DNA of 64,000 nucleotides. Source: Dehalococcoidales bacterium (GTDB lineage: Bacteria; Chloroflexota; Dehalococcoidia; Dehalococcoidales; RBG-16-60-22). Every line of letters starts with the position of its first letter. Within the stretch, counting starts at the first letter, position 1. The position numbers were made by a program, and so were the translations under genes. Below the pieces are notes generated by a model that was not told the origin of the DNA, did no database searches, and saw only the letters and a program-made list of their open reading frames with translations. Where the stretch lies: positions 4,018-68,017 of the forward strand of contig DAOULS010000007.1 in the NCBI GenBank assembly GCA_034418415.1, read 5' to 3'. Shown piece after piece: positions 8,982 to 17,991 of the stretch.

Positions 8982-9647
8982 ATGGCTAAAGTCTCTGCCA
9001 TCATCGTTGCCGCCGGGGAAAGCCAGCGCATGGGGACAATCGATAAGATGTTCGTCCCCGTCGGAGGGCGGGCGGCATTGGCGCGCGTGCTGGATACCTT
9101 CCAGGCATGTAGAAGAGTCAACCATATCGTCGTGGTGATGAGTCCCCGCAACATCGAGGAGTGCCGTCGGCTGGTGGCGGTGGAGGGGTGGTCTAAGGTC
9201 AAGGACGTTGTCCTCGGCGGTCCGAGGCGGCAGGACTCGGTGATCGAGGGGTTGAGGAGGACTAAAGAGGCCGACTGGGTGATTATCCATGACGGGGCGC
9301 GTCCCCTGGTGACCACCGCCCTTATCGAGAGGGGGCTTAGGGCGGCTAAAGAGACCGGCGCGGCGGTGGCGGCGGTGCCGATAACCGATACCGTCAAGTA
9401 CGCCAAGGAGGACGATGTCGTCATCCGCACGCTGGACCGAAGGTACTTGAGGGCTGTCCAGACGCCCCAGGTTTTCCGCGCCGATATCATCAAAAACACC
9501 TATAAATTTACCCCCGGCGAGGTGACGGACGACTCGGCGCTGGTGGAAAAAGCTGGCTATAAGGTTAAGCTTTACATGGGCTCGTATGCTAATATTAAGA
9601 TAACGACCCCCGACGACCTTGCCATGGCGGGGGCACTGCTGAAATAA
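8982..9647 (+). CDS. ispD: 2-C-methyl-D-erythritol 4-phosphate cytidylyltransferase
   Basis: 221 aa, MAKVSAIIVAAGESQRMG... (AAGxGxRMG signature). It sits directly upstream of ispF. Confidence 0.92.
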   Translation: MAKVSAIIVAAGESQRMGTIDKMFVPVGGRAALARVLDTFQACRRVNHIVVVMSPRNIEECRRLVAVEGWSKVKDVVLGGPRRQDSVIEGLRRTKEADWVIIHDGARPLVTTALIERGLRAAKETGAAVAAVPITDTVKYAKEDDVVIRTLDRRYLRAVQTPQVFRADIIKNTYKFTPGEVTDDSALVEKAGYKVKLYMGSYANIKITTPDDLAMAGALLK

Positions 9648-9648
9648 C

Positions 9649-10137
9649 ATGAGTAACAATTTACGTATCGGCTTTGGCTATGACGTTCACCCTCTGGTAC
9701 CCGGCAAGAAGCTGGTGCTGGGTGGAGTGGAGATTCCTTTCTCCAAAGGACTGGAGGGCTGGAGCGACGCCGATGTGCTTACCCACGCGCTGATGGACGC
9801 CCTGCTGGGGGCGGCGGCGCTGGGCGATATCGGGCAGCATTTCCCGCCCGGCGAAGCGGAATTCAAGGAGGTCTCCAGTCTGTTCCTGCTCGACAATGTG
9901 GTGGAGAAGCTGGAGGAGGGGGGCTATAGCGTGATGAATATCGACGCCACGGTGGTAGCCGCCCAGCCGAGATTACGCGAATACATCGACGAGATGCGGC
10001 ACAACTTGAGCCACGTGCTGGGCATCAACGAAGATAAAGTCAGCGTGAAAGCCGGCAGCAACAACGGAGTGGGGTCTATCGGGGCGGGTGAAGGCATTGC
10101 GGCTTTTGCAGTGGCACTCATAGAAGGGAAGAAATGA
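9649..10137 (+). CDS. ispF: 2-C-methyl-D-erythritol 2,4-cyclodiphosphate synthase
   Basis: 162 aa with RIGFGYDVH..., SDADVLTHALMDALLGA and GDIGQHFPP motifs. Confidence 0.95.
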   Translation: MSNNLRIGFGYDVHPLVPGKKLVLGGVEIPFSKGLEGWSDADVLTHALMDALLGAAALGDIGQHFPPGEAEFKEVSSLFLLDNVVEKLEEGGYSVMNIDATVVAAQPRLREYIDEMRHNLSHVLGINEDKVSVKAGSNNGVGSIGAGEGIAAFAVALIEGKK

Positions 10138-11522
10138 GAGTAACCGACACGATATCCGGCAAAAAAGAAGAATTCAAACCCATCGGCGACGTGGTGAAGA
10201 TGTACGTCTGCGGCATCAATCCCTACGCTGATGCGCACGTTGGGCACGGCATGAGCTATATTATATTCGACGTCGTCCGGCGCTACCTTGAGTACCGCGG
10301 CTATAAGGTGAAGCACGTGGAAAACGTCACCGACGTCGAGGACAACATCATCAACCACGCCAACCGGCAGGGTATAACGGTCAAGGAACTGACGGAAAAG
10401 TTCACGCAGCGTTACTTCGAGGACATGGACGCGCTGAATATCCTGCGGCCGCACCACACCCCCAAAGCCACGGAGACCATCCCGGAAATCATTAACATGG
10501 CGCAGGGACTGATAGAGAAGGGCTACGCCTACGCGGTGGATGGCAACGTTTATTTCCGGGTGGGCAAGCTCTCCGACTACGGCAAGCTTTCCAAGCGCAG
10601 CCTCAAGCAGATGATGGCCGGGGCGAGGGTGGAGGTGGGGGAGGCTAAGGAAGACCCGATGGACTTCGTTTTATGGAAGGCGGCCAAGCCGGACGAACCG
10701 TCCTGGGACAGTCCGTGGGGTAAAGGCCGGCCGGGCTGGCATATCGAGTGCAGCGCCATGTCCGTGAAATTTCTCGGCGAGCAGATAGACATTCACGGCG
10801 GGGGCCAGGACCTGGTCTTCCCTCACCACGAAAACGAGATAGCCCAGAGCGAGAGTTTCACCGGCAAAAAGCCTTTCGTGAAATACTGGATGCATAACGG
10901 ACTGCTCCAGATGGGCGCCGAGAAGATGAGCAAGAGCCTGGGAAACCTGATAACGATTCGAGACGCGCTGCAAAAGTACACCGCTGACGGACTGCGGGTC
11001 TTTATCTTGAGCTCATATTACCGCAGTCCGCTGACCTACACGGGCGAGGCTATTGGGGCGGCGCAGGTGGGGGCGGAAAGGCTGGCGCGCGTGGCGAATA
11101 GGGAAAGCAAGGGGGGTGAGGGTAAAGCCCTGGACGAAAAACCTTACCGCCAGCGGTTTTTAGACGCCATGGACGATGATTTTAATACCCCGCAGGCGCT
11201 GGCGGCGCTCTTCGACCTGGCGAGAGATATCAACCGGGCGGAGGAGGAAGGGATGGATGTGGTGAAAGGGCGGGAAACGCTGAAGGAGTTAGGCGGGATA
11301 CTGGGACTTACTTTTAAAACAAAAGAAGAGCCAGCCATTGATACTATTGAGTACAACGGCAAAACCGTCTCCGTCCAGGTCCTTCTTGAGGAACGCGCTA
11401 GGCTAAGACAGGCCAAAAAATGGGAAGAAGCCGATGAAATACGGGATAAGCTGGCTTCGCAGGGCATTGTTATTGAAGACCTGCCCGATGGAACGGCAAC
11501 AATACGGGCGAGAAGAAGATAA
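10134..11522 (+). CDS. cysS: Cysteine--tRNA ligase
   Basis: 462 aa with a HIGH-type motif (HVGHGMSY), KMSKS (AEKMSKSLGN) and WHIECSAM. It has a 4-nt overlap with ispF. Confidence 0.95.
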   Translation: MRVTDTISGKKEEFKPIGDVVKMYVCGINPYADAHVGHGMSYIIFDVVRRYLEYRGYKVKHVENVTDVEDNIINHANRQGITVKELTEKFTQRYFEDMDALNILRPHHTPKATETIPEIINMAQGLIEKGYAYAVDGNVYFRVGKLSDYGKLSKRSLKQMMAGARVEVGEAKEDPMDFVLWKAAKPDEPSWDSPWGKGRPGWHIECSAMSVKFLGEQIDIHGGGQDLVFPHHENEIAQSESFTGKKPFVKYWMHNGLLQMGAEKMSKSLGNLITIRDALQKYTADGLRVFILSSYYRSPLTYTGEAIGAAQVGAERLARVANRESKGGEGKALDEKPYRQRFLDAMDDDFNTPQALAALFDLARDINRAEEEGMDVVKGRETLKELGGILGLTFKTKEEPAIDTIEYNGKTVSVQVLLEERARLRQAKKWEEADEIRDKLASQGIVIEDLPDGTATIRARRR

Positions 11523-11550
11523 TATAACCAGCTTTTTTCACTGGAAATGA

Positions 11551-11580
11551 AATAAGGCACCGCCGAAGCAATGCCTTATT
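11551..11580 (+). terminator. Hairpin downstream of cysS
   Basis: AATAAGGCA-12 nt-TGCCTTATT, a 9-bp stem with a weak U-tail. Confidence 0.45.
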
Positions 11581-11726
11581 CATGGTTGCAAGTTCTCGTT
11601 ACCTGCAGACTATTTCAAGCTTTAAATCGACTTATCAGTGGTACCCTTTATCACGAGTCGACGGCAGCTTAAAAAACGTCCGACCGGTTTTAACTCGATA
11701 AGGAAAGTCTGCAACTGAAGTAGCTA

Positions 11727-11864
11727 CTACTTGCCGATGCGGAATACTTTCGTGCCGCAGTTGGGGCAGGTGCCTTGGGTCGCCGGCCTCCCGTTCTTCA
11801 GGGTGACCGCCTTGGGATTCCTCATCTCAACTTTCTTCCTGCATTTCATGCAATAAGCTTGCAT
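11727..11864 (-). CDS. DUF5679-type zinc-ribbon mini-protein
   Basis: Own translation: MQAYCMKCRKKVEMRNPKAVTLKNGRPATQGTCPNCGTKVFRIGK (45 aa). It has CxxC...CxxC and an AGGAGGTG RBS upstream, and matches my recollection of the DUF5679 consensus closely. Confidence 0.7.
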   Translation of the reverse strand: MQAYCMKCRKKVEMRNPKAVTLKNGRPATQGTCPNCGTKVFRIGK

Positions 11865-12117
11865 CTCGCACCTCCTATGTTATCCTTGCCTAGCAGAGTA
11901 GCAAAATTGAGCGTATTTGTCAATAGCTGTAGGCATAAAATTATAGTATTTTATTACTATTTTCTGAAAATAGGCCCGGAAAAGTGAAAGTAATGCCGAT
12001 TATGTAGTAATTGTGTGTCGTTTAACACCTTCAGTCCCAATGTAATATTGCCTCCTTTTTTAGAGGGGTGTAAAATGGGACGAGCATCGAATATCGGATA
12101 AAGCGGAGGGGTGTGAA

Positions 12118-13389
12118 ATGGACGTTTTATTTGATAAAAGCGCCAAAAAGGACCATGAAGTTGAGAATACTGTCCTCGAGTTTCTGGACAGCATCGACAC
12201 GCTGGAAAGGACGAGAAATGTGCCGGTATATATCTTCCAGGACGGCGTTAAAAAGAGCTATTACATACGCTGCACCATTACCGGCAAGTCGATAGCCCGG
12301 AATGTAAGCCTGGATGCCCGTCTTAACCCGGAGAGCGGCGAGACGTTCCGGGACAACCGGGAGATACTGATGACGCATAATACCTTCCTGCGCATGAAGG
12401 CCGATGCCAATGACGAGCGTGAGTTCAGCGACCTTATCGCCGAGTACATCGTGTCTTATCTGCCGCACAAACCGCTGAAAATCTGGGGAGGGCAGCACCG
12501 TTGCCGCGCCATCATTGATGCGTATACAGAGAAGAAGGTGTCGAGGTATCACGGCTTACGGGTGTACTTCTGCCTTTCCAAGGAGCAGCGGACGGAGCTC
12601 GCCCTGATATCCAACACCAGCATATCGGTCTCCAACGACCTTTTTGACCGGCAGCTGGAAGAGACCTACATGGGACCGCACCTGCGGCGGTGGTGCGTTA
12701 AGGTGGGGCTGCTAAAGCAGGGGGAGGACTTCCCGGACGTGGGCTCTCACGCCGAGAGAATCACCACGCAGGGCGCCCGCAGCTTTATCGTGAACTATTT
12801 CAAGGGCAGGCAAATCGGCGAGCAGGTAAAAGCCGAGGAACTCGACAAGAACGTTTACGAACCCTATCTCTGCCAGACGGGCATCTTCATCGACGAGGAG
12901 TACCGCCAGCTCACGGAGGAGATGGGCAACAAGCTGTGGACGGACAGAGGGCTGATAGAAGCCGGTAAAGCCTTTGCCCGACTGCATAAGGCCCAGTATG
13001 ATGCCATTAAAAAGAGCCAGACCAATTATAAGGTATTCCGCATGAAAGCGATGGTGCCTTCGGTCATGACGGCGTGGAGCTTCGTAGCTGGACTGTTGCA
13101 GGCGCACCCCAAGCGACTGGAAGTGCACCTGATGATACCACAGCCCCCCAAAGGCGCGCCGGACCCGCTTAACGCTGAAGAGATGTCACGGTACCGCTAC
13201 TACCAGGACATTGAGACATACCGCGGTCTGGGCACAAGAGCGATTATGAAAGACCGGCAGCGGATGGCGCAGGTGTTCCTGGCGAGGAGCATCGACGCGG
13301 AAGCGACGCTGAACAAAAAGCTGCTGGAACAGGCGGTCAACCAGTTCACGGCTTTGAGGTTCTTCAGTCGGGGCTACACGACTAACTAA
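12118..13389 (+). CDS. DGQHR/ParB-Srx-fold domain protein (DndB-like), stand-alone
   Basis: 423 aa. KIWGGQHRCRAIID resembles the DGQHR motif of DndB/ParB-like nuclease-domain proteins, followed by ...LALISNTSISVSNDLFDRQ... and a helical C-terminal half. A candidate promoter TTGCCT-17-TAAAAT lies at 12048-12076. Confidence 0.5.
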   Translation: MDVLFDKSAKKDHEVENTVLEFLDSIDTLERTRNVPVYIFQDGVKKSYYIRCTITGKSIARNVSLDARLNPESGETFRDNREILMTHNTFLRMKADANDEREFSDLIAEYIVSYLPHKPLKIWGGQHRCRAIIDAYTEKKVSRYHGLRVYFCLSKEQRTELALISNTSISVSNDLFDRQLEETYMGPHLRRWCVKVGLLKQGEDFPDVGSHAERITTQGARSFIVNYFKGRQIGEQVKAEELDKNVYEPYLCQTGIFIDEEYRQLTEEMGNKLWTDRGLIEAGKAFARLHKAQYDAIKKSQTNYKVFRMKAMVPSVMTAWSFVAGLLQAHPKRLEVHLMIPQPPKGAPDPLNAEEMSRYRYYQDIETYRGLGTRAIMKDRQRMAQVFLARSIDAEATLNKKLLEQAVNQFTALRFFSRGYTTN

Positions 13390-13395
13390 AACTTT

Positions 13396-13857
13396 TTACT
13401 TTTTCGCATCGGGGAGGTAGCCGGCGGGATTGGACTCCTTAAGCGTGCCCGCCCCTGGCATAACCACCATCTGGAGGTGGGGCTTCTCCACACTCTTCCA
13501 TGTCAGGGGGCCGTGCTTAACGCCCTTGGGGATGAAAAGGGCGGAGGTCTTATCGATAATTATTTTTTCGTCGCCGACCACGAATTCGACTTTCCCGCCT
13601 AGATACTCGGGATTTTGGGGGTCCATGCCGATGTGCAGGACGATTTCCGGGTAATCGTGAGAGTGGGCGTGGATGTGGGGGTTGGGGGTAGGCATCTCGT
13701 ATATCCAGCCGATTTCGATATAGGTATCACTGCCGGGAACGAGGTCGTTGCTCATGAAGGTCATCGTGGGGTTCTGGCGCCCTTTGATATCCTGCTGGCC
13801 ACCGACTTCATAGGCGGGTTTGTCTACCAGGTTTTGCTTATAACTTCTTTTAGGCAT
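13396..13857 (-). CDS. Cupin-domain protein
   Basis: 153 aa with the two cupin motifs, PHIHAHSHDYPEIVLHIG and ALFIPKGVKHGPL. Confidence 0.6.
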   Translation of the reverse strand: MPKRSYKQNLVDKPAYEVGGQQDIKGRQNPTMTFMSNDLVPGSDTYIEIGWIYEMPTPNPHIHAHSHDYPEIVLHIGMDPQNPEYLGGKVEFVVGDEKIIIDKTSALFIPKGVKHGPLTWKSVEKPHLQMVVMPGAGTLKESNPAGYLPDAKK

Positions 13858-13979
13858 CGGGAAGCTCCTTTTAAAGTGGATATATTTTATATTACCTGTT
13901 CTTTAGGATAATTGTCATCTCCCGTTTGACGTGTGTGTATTTGCCCGATGCCTACGGGAGAGACTATAATGTACCGAAT

Positions 13980-15152
13980 ATGAAAATACTGCAGGTGATA
14001 CCCTATTTCTACCCGGCGTGGTCGTACGGGGGACCGCCGCGCAGCACGTATGGACTGTGCAAGGAGCTGGTAAAGAGGGGACATGAGGTTACCGTATTCA
14101 CCACCGACGCCCTTGACAGGCATAACAGGATTAAAGAAACACAGGAAACAGCCGAGGGAATTGAAATAAGGCGTTTCAGCAATCTTAACAACTATGTTGC
14201 CTTCCGTCACCGCATTTTCCTCTCGCCGGGGATGATAGGCGCGATGAGAAAAGAACTGAAAAACTGCGACATCGTCCACCTCAACGAGTTCCGCACGCTG
14301 CAGAACCTGCTGGCACACCGCTATGCCATGAAAAATGACGTGCCCTACGTGGTACAGCCGCGAGGTTCGCTGGTAAATATCCTTGCCAAGCAGCGACTGA
14401 AGAGCCTGTTCGATATCATGGGGGGTCGAAAGCTGATACAGGACGCAACGCGACTGATAGCGCTGGCGCCCCTGGAGCTGCCCCAGTTCATCGGCTATGG
14501 CGTTGATGAGGAAAAAATAGACATCGTGCCCAACGGCATCGACCTGGCGGAATACCGGGACCTCCCGCCTCAAGGAGAATTCCGGCGGAAGTACGGGATT
14601 GACGCGAATCAGCGTATTATTCTCTTCCTGGGGAGGTTGCATCAGAGCAAGGGTATCGACCTGCTGATTAAAGCTTTTAGCAGTCTGGAGGGGGATTATA
14701 GCGAGGCAAGACTGGTGATTGCCGGCCCGGACGATGGATTTTTACCTTCGCTCAAGAACCTGGTCAATGAACTGAAGCTGGAGACAAAAGTGATTTTCAC
14801 CGGCCCCGTTTACGGAGAGCAGAAACTCTCCGCCTACGTGGATGCGGATGTTTATATGCTGCCCTCTTTCTACGAGTCGTTCGGTATCAGCGTCTTCGAA
14901 GCGCTTGCCTGCGGTACGCCGGTGGTGGTGACCGACCGCTGCGGTATAGCTAATATCGTTAAGGACAAGGGGGGGCTGGCGGTGTCCTACGAAGCGGAGT
15001 CGATTGCAGAAGGCCTGCGGCGGATGTTGGAAGGCGATAGTCTAAGGCAGAAATACGGCAAAGATGGACAGGCGCTGGTGCGTGAGAAATACGGATGGGA
15101 AGCGATAGCGGAGGAGATGGAAAAAGTATATGAGAGGTGCCTTGAAAAATGA
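13980..15152 (+). CDS. Glycosyltransferase family 4 (GT-B)
   Basis: Track ORF trimmed to MKILQVIPYFYPAWSYGGPPRSTYGLCKELVKRGHEVTVFTT.... It has the C-terminal E-x7-E region (YESFGISVFEALACGTPVVVTD). Confidence 0.85.
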   Translation: MKILQVIPYFYPAWSYGGPPRSTYGLCKELVKRGHEVTVFTTDALDRHNRIKETQETAEGIEIRRFSNLNNYVAFRHRIFLSPGMIGAMRKELKNCDIVHLNEFRTLQNLLAHRYAMKNDVPYVVQPRGSLVNILAKQRLKSLFDIMGGRKLIQDATRLIALAPLELPQFIGYGVDEEKIDIVPNGIDLAEYRDLPPQGEFRRKYGIDANQRIILFLGRLHQSKGIDLLIKAFSSLEGDYSEARLVIAGPDDGFLPSLKNLVNELKLETKVIFTGPVYGEQKLSAYVDADVYMLPSFYESFGISVFEALACGTPVVVTDRCGIANIVKDKGGLAVSYEAESIAEGLRRMLEGDSLRQKYGKDGQALVREKYGWEAIAEEMEKVYERCLEK

Positions 15153-15769
15153 GTTTAAGAGATAAAATGGTAATGCGTAAAGTTTTTTATCTGGTTATTC
15201 TGATACTCGTTGTATCTATGATACCAATACCTTTTATGAGCTGTTCGAGCACTTCCGAGAATACTACTCCCGGATATGTTACCGAGACTTTCACGAAACG
15301 TGGCATCGACTTCTCATTCGAATATCCGGACGACTACGAAAAATACGAGACCGGTTATGAAGAAGAAAGTGATGAAGTAGATTATATCGTGCTACAATAT
15401 TCTGCCTCGACCTATGACGGCACATTCCGTAAGGTAATAAATATACAGATGTGGAATCCCACGGAAGACTGGCATGATGCCGCGACCAAGCTGGACTACT
15501 ATCTGGCTCATCTTGGGGATACGGGACAGGATCCCGAGGTGAAAGAGCGTTCGGCGCTGCAGGTAGCCGGTGTGGCCGGAGAAAAAGCGGTTTTTTCAGT
15601 GGTGATGACAGATATTACGAATATCCCTAACAAGCTGACCGGCTGGATTGCCGCTTTCGATTACAGGGGACAGATCTGGTTTCTGGTCGTGACCACAAAC
15701 ATGGAAACACCGGATGAAGTTGAAGCCGATTTTGGACATATAATAGAGAGCTTTAAATTCCTGGACTAA
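15149..15769 (+). CDS. Putative lipoprotein, unknown function
   Basis: 206 aa with a hydrophobic N-terminus ending in a lipobox-like FMSC followed by SSTSE. ATGA overlap with the glycosyltransferase stop suggests translational coupling. Confidence 0.5.
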   Translation: MSLRDKMVMRKVFYLVILILVVSMIPIPFMSCSSTSENTTPGYVTETFTKRGIDFSFEYPDDYEKYETGYEEESDEVDYIVLQYSASTYDGTFRKVINIQMWNPTEDWHDAATKLDYYLAHLGDTGQDPEVKERSALQVAGVAGEKAVFSVVMTDITNIPNKLTGWIAAFDYRGQIWFLVVTTNMETPDEVEADFGHIIESFKFLD

Positions 15770-15787
15770 AGTAATCCTGCGACCCTG

Positions 15788-15836
15788 TTGACAAATCGAC
15801 TATTTCCTATTATAATATGAATGAACATTCATTCAT
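15788..15836 (+). promoter_or_regulatory. Consensus sigma70 promoter plus palindromic TetR-type operator
   Basis: TTGACA (15788-15793), 17 nt, TATAAT (15811-15816). Immediately after comes ATGAATGAA-ca-TTCATTCAT (15817-15836), with perfect 9-bp arms covering the expected transcription start. Confidence 0.7.
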
Positions 15837-15855
15837 TATCTCAAGGTAATTAACT

Positions 15856-16494
15856 ATGCCAGCTGGAGCATCGAAGAAGAGCCGAAGCACGGAGAAGCGC
15901 CGGAAACAAATACTCAAGGCGGCGCTGGAAGTATTTACGCAAAAGGGCTACGCTGCCGCCACGGTGCCGGAAATCGCTCAAGCGGCGGGAGTAGCCGCAG
16001 GTACTATTTATCTCTACTATCCCAGCAAGCGGGAGTTGTTTGTGGCTGTAATTAAGAATCTTATCATCACAACTCCTCTACTAAAACTTCTCGATAAGAT
16101 TCCGCAGGGGGATTTAGAGTCGGTGTTGAAAGATATTTTGAAAGACAGGTTTGACCTTGTTAAGAACCCAGTTTTCGCGCGATTGCCGTCGCTGATGGGG
16201 GAGGTCATACGTGACCCCGAGCTCAAAGAGCTATGGCTGAAAGAATTCATCCAGAACTTCCTCGGGCGTATAGAAATGGGCTCCCGGATGATGTCAGCGG
16301 CGAACAAGTATCGTGAGATAGAGCCGGCGGTAGCCGTAAGGGCGGTGGGGGGTATGATTATCGGCTTCATGCTCCTAAGGGTAGCGGAGGGCGACACCAG
16401 CCCGCTGAATAAAATGAAGCAGGAAAAAATCGCCGAAGACATCGTGACTATCATGTTGCACGGACTGCTTAAGGAAAAGGAGAACGCCCGATGA
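15856..16494 (+). CDS. TetR/AcrR family transcriptional regulator
   Basis: 212 aa with an N-terminal HTH: ILKAALEVFTQKGYAAATVPEIAQAAGVAAGTIYLYYPSKRELF. Confidence 0.9.
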   Translation: MPAGASKKSRSTEKRRKQILKAALEVFTQKGYAAATVPEIAQAAGVAAGTIYLYYPSKRELFVAVIKNLIITTPLLKLLDKIPQGDLESVLKDILKDRFDLVKNPVFARLPSLMGEVIRDPELKELWLKEFIQNFLGRIEMGSRMMSAANKYREIEPAVAVRAVGGMIIGFMLLRVAEGDTSPLNKMKQEKIAEDIVTIMLHGLLKEKENAR

Positions 16495-17240
16495 CAGGTC
16501 CCGCGATAGCGGTCAATAACCTGGAATTCAAGTATGGCAAGCTGAAGGTCATAGATGATATGACGCTGGAGATTGGTAGCGGCACCAGCTACGGGCTGCT
16601 GGGGCCTAACGGAGCGGGCAAGACCACCCTGATACGGCTGATGGTGGGGCTGCTGAAGCCGGCGGGGGGCAGCATTTTGTGCCTGGGGAAGCCACCGACG
16701 AGAGCCATAGCCAAAAATATCGGCTATATGCCGCAACTGCCGGCGTTATATTCGGAGATATCCGTGGAGCAGAATATCGACTTTTTTGCCAGGATTTACG
16801 GACTGAAAAACCGAAGAGAAAGGTCGGCGCGCGTCAAAGACATTATTAAAGTAGTGGACCTCTGGGACAAGCGTAAAACACAGATAATTAACTTGAGCGG
16901 TGGCATGAAGCAGCGCGTCAGCCTGGCGTGCGCGATAGTCCACCAGCCGCCTCTGATATTCCTCGACGAGCCGACGGTAGGCCTGGACCCCGAATTAAGG
17001 GTACATTTCTGGGAATACTTTACCAACCTTACCAAAGCGGGGCATACGCTGATTATTTCCAGCCACACCTTCGACGACGCGGCGCACTGCCAGCAGCTGG
17101 CCTTCCTGCGGATGGGCAGGGTGGTGGGGCAGGGTACGCCGGAGGAACTATGCGCCGCCACCGGCAATAAAGATGCCTCGCTGGAAGACGCCTTCCTCTA
17201 CTTTATCAGGCAGGACGAGGAGCAGAAAAATGTCCGGTAG
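16491..17240 (+). CDS. ABC transporter ATP-binding protein
   Basis: 249 aa with Walker A (GPNGAGKTT), the signature LSGGMKQR and Walker B (LIFLDEPT). Confidence 0.92.
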   Translation: MTGPAIAVNNLEFKYGKLKVIDDMTLEIGSGTSYGLLGPNGAGKTTLIRLMVGLLKPAGGSILCLGKPPTRAIAKNIGYMPQLPALYSEISVEQNIDFFARIYGLKNRRERSARVKDIIKVVDLWDKRKTQIINLSGGMKQRVSLACAIVHQPPLIFLDEPTVGLDPELRVHFWEYFTNLTKAGHTLIISSHTFDDAAHCQQLAFLRMGRVVGQGTPEELCAATGNKDASLEDAFLYFIRQDEEQKNVR

Positions 17241-17958
17241 CACTTTTACCGTCGCCAAGCGGGTAATACTCCAGGTGGTGCGCGACCGCCGCACTATCGC
17301 GTTGATATTGGTTGCGCCGCTGATAATCGCCAGCATCGCCGGTTTCAGCATCCCGGATAAAAGCTCGCTGGATGTTTTCTCGCCGGCCATACTGGCCACG
17401 TTGATACTGTTCTTCGGTTTCCTGATAACCGGCATCAGCTTTTTAAGGGAGCGCACCCAGGGCACGCTGGAGCGCCTGCTGGCTTCGCCGATATCCAAAA
17501 TGGATGTCGTGGTGGGGTATCTGCTGGGCCTGCTGGGGTTCGCTCTGGTGCAGACCCTGATAATGTTTTTCTACATGGTGTACGTGCTGGACATCAACTA
17601 CCGCGGCGATTTATGGCAAATTCTCATCTTCCAGGCGCTCATGGGCGTCAACGCAGTCTGCCTGGGCACCTTCTTTTCCGCTTTCGCCCGGAACGAGTTC
17701 CAGATGATACAGTTTATACCTCTGATTATCATTCCACAGGTATTCGTCAGCGGACTTTTTATCCCGGTGGACCAGCTGCCGGTCGTCCTGGAATGGGTAT
17801 CCAAGTTCCTGCCGCTGACTTATGGAGTGGAGGGGATAAGGGCAATGATGCTGCAGGGGCAAAGCCTGCTGGATATAGGCAAGGACATCTGGATACTGGT
17901 GGCTTACGCGGCGGGGCTTTTGATACTGGCTTCGCTGACCTTAAGGCAGAAGTCGTAA
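17230..17958 (+). CDS. ABC-2 type transporter permease
   Basis: Track ORF 17173..17958 trimmed to MSGSTFTVAKRVILQVVRDRRT... (start at 17230, overlapping the ATPase stop). It has six predicted hydrophobic segments. Confidence 0.8.
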   Translation: MSGSTFTVAKRVILQVVRDRRTIALILVAPLIIASIAGFSIPDKSSLDVFSPAILATLILFFGFLITGISFLRERTQGTLERLLASPISKMDVVVGYLLGLLGFALVQTLIMFFYMVYVLDINYRGDLWQILIFQALMGVNAVCLGTFFSAFARNEFQMIQFIPLIIIPQVFVSGLFIPVDQLPVVLEWVSKFLPLTYGVEGIRAMMLQGQSLLDIGKDIWILVAYAAGLLILASLTLRQKS

Positions 17959-17991
17959 AGAAGATATTAGCATCTAGACTTGCTTATAGGC

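Noticed and set aside
8966-9659. 177-aa and 226-aa minus-strand ORFs opposite ispD
   Set aside because: ispD on the plus strand has clear signature motifs. The antisense ORFs are Arg/His-rich with no family features.
11585-11726. Possible structured ncRNA in the cysS/DUF5679 convergent spacer (several short inverted repeats, for example GCAGACT...AGTCTGC and TCGACT...AGTCGA)
   Set aside because: The stems are short (6-7 bp) and I could not match any known RNA family consensus (SRP, 6S, riboswitch). They are more simply explained as terminator remnants of two convergent genes. An Rfam scan would be needed.
16017-16736. 239-aa minus-strand ORF spanning the tetR/ABC junction
   Set aside because: It runs antisense across two well-supported plus-strand genes and the translation has no recognisable domain. 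It is a shadow ORF.
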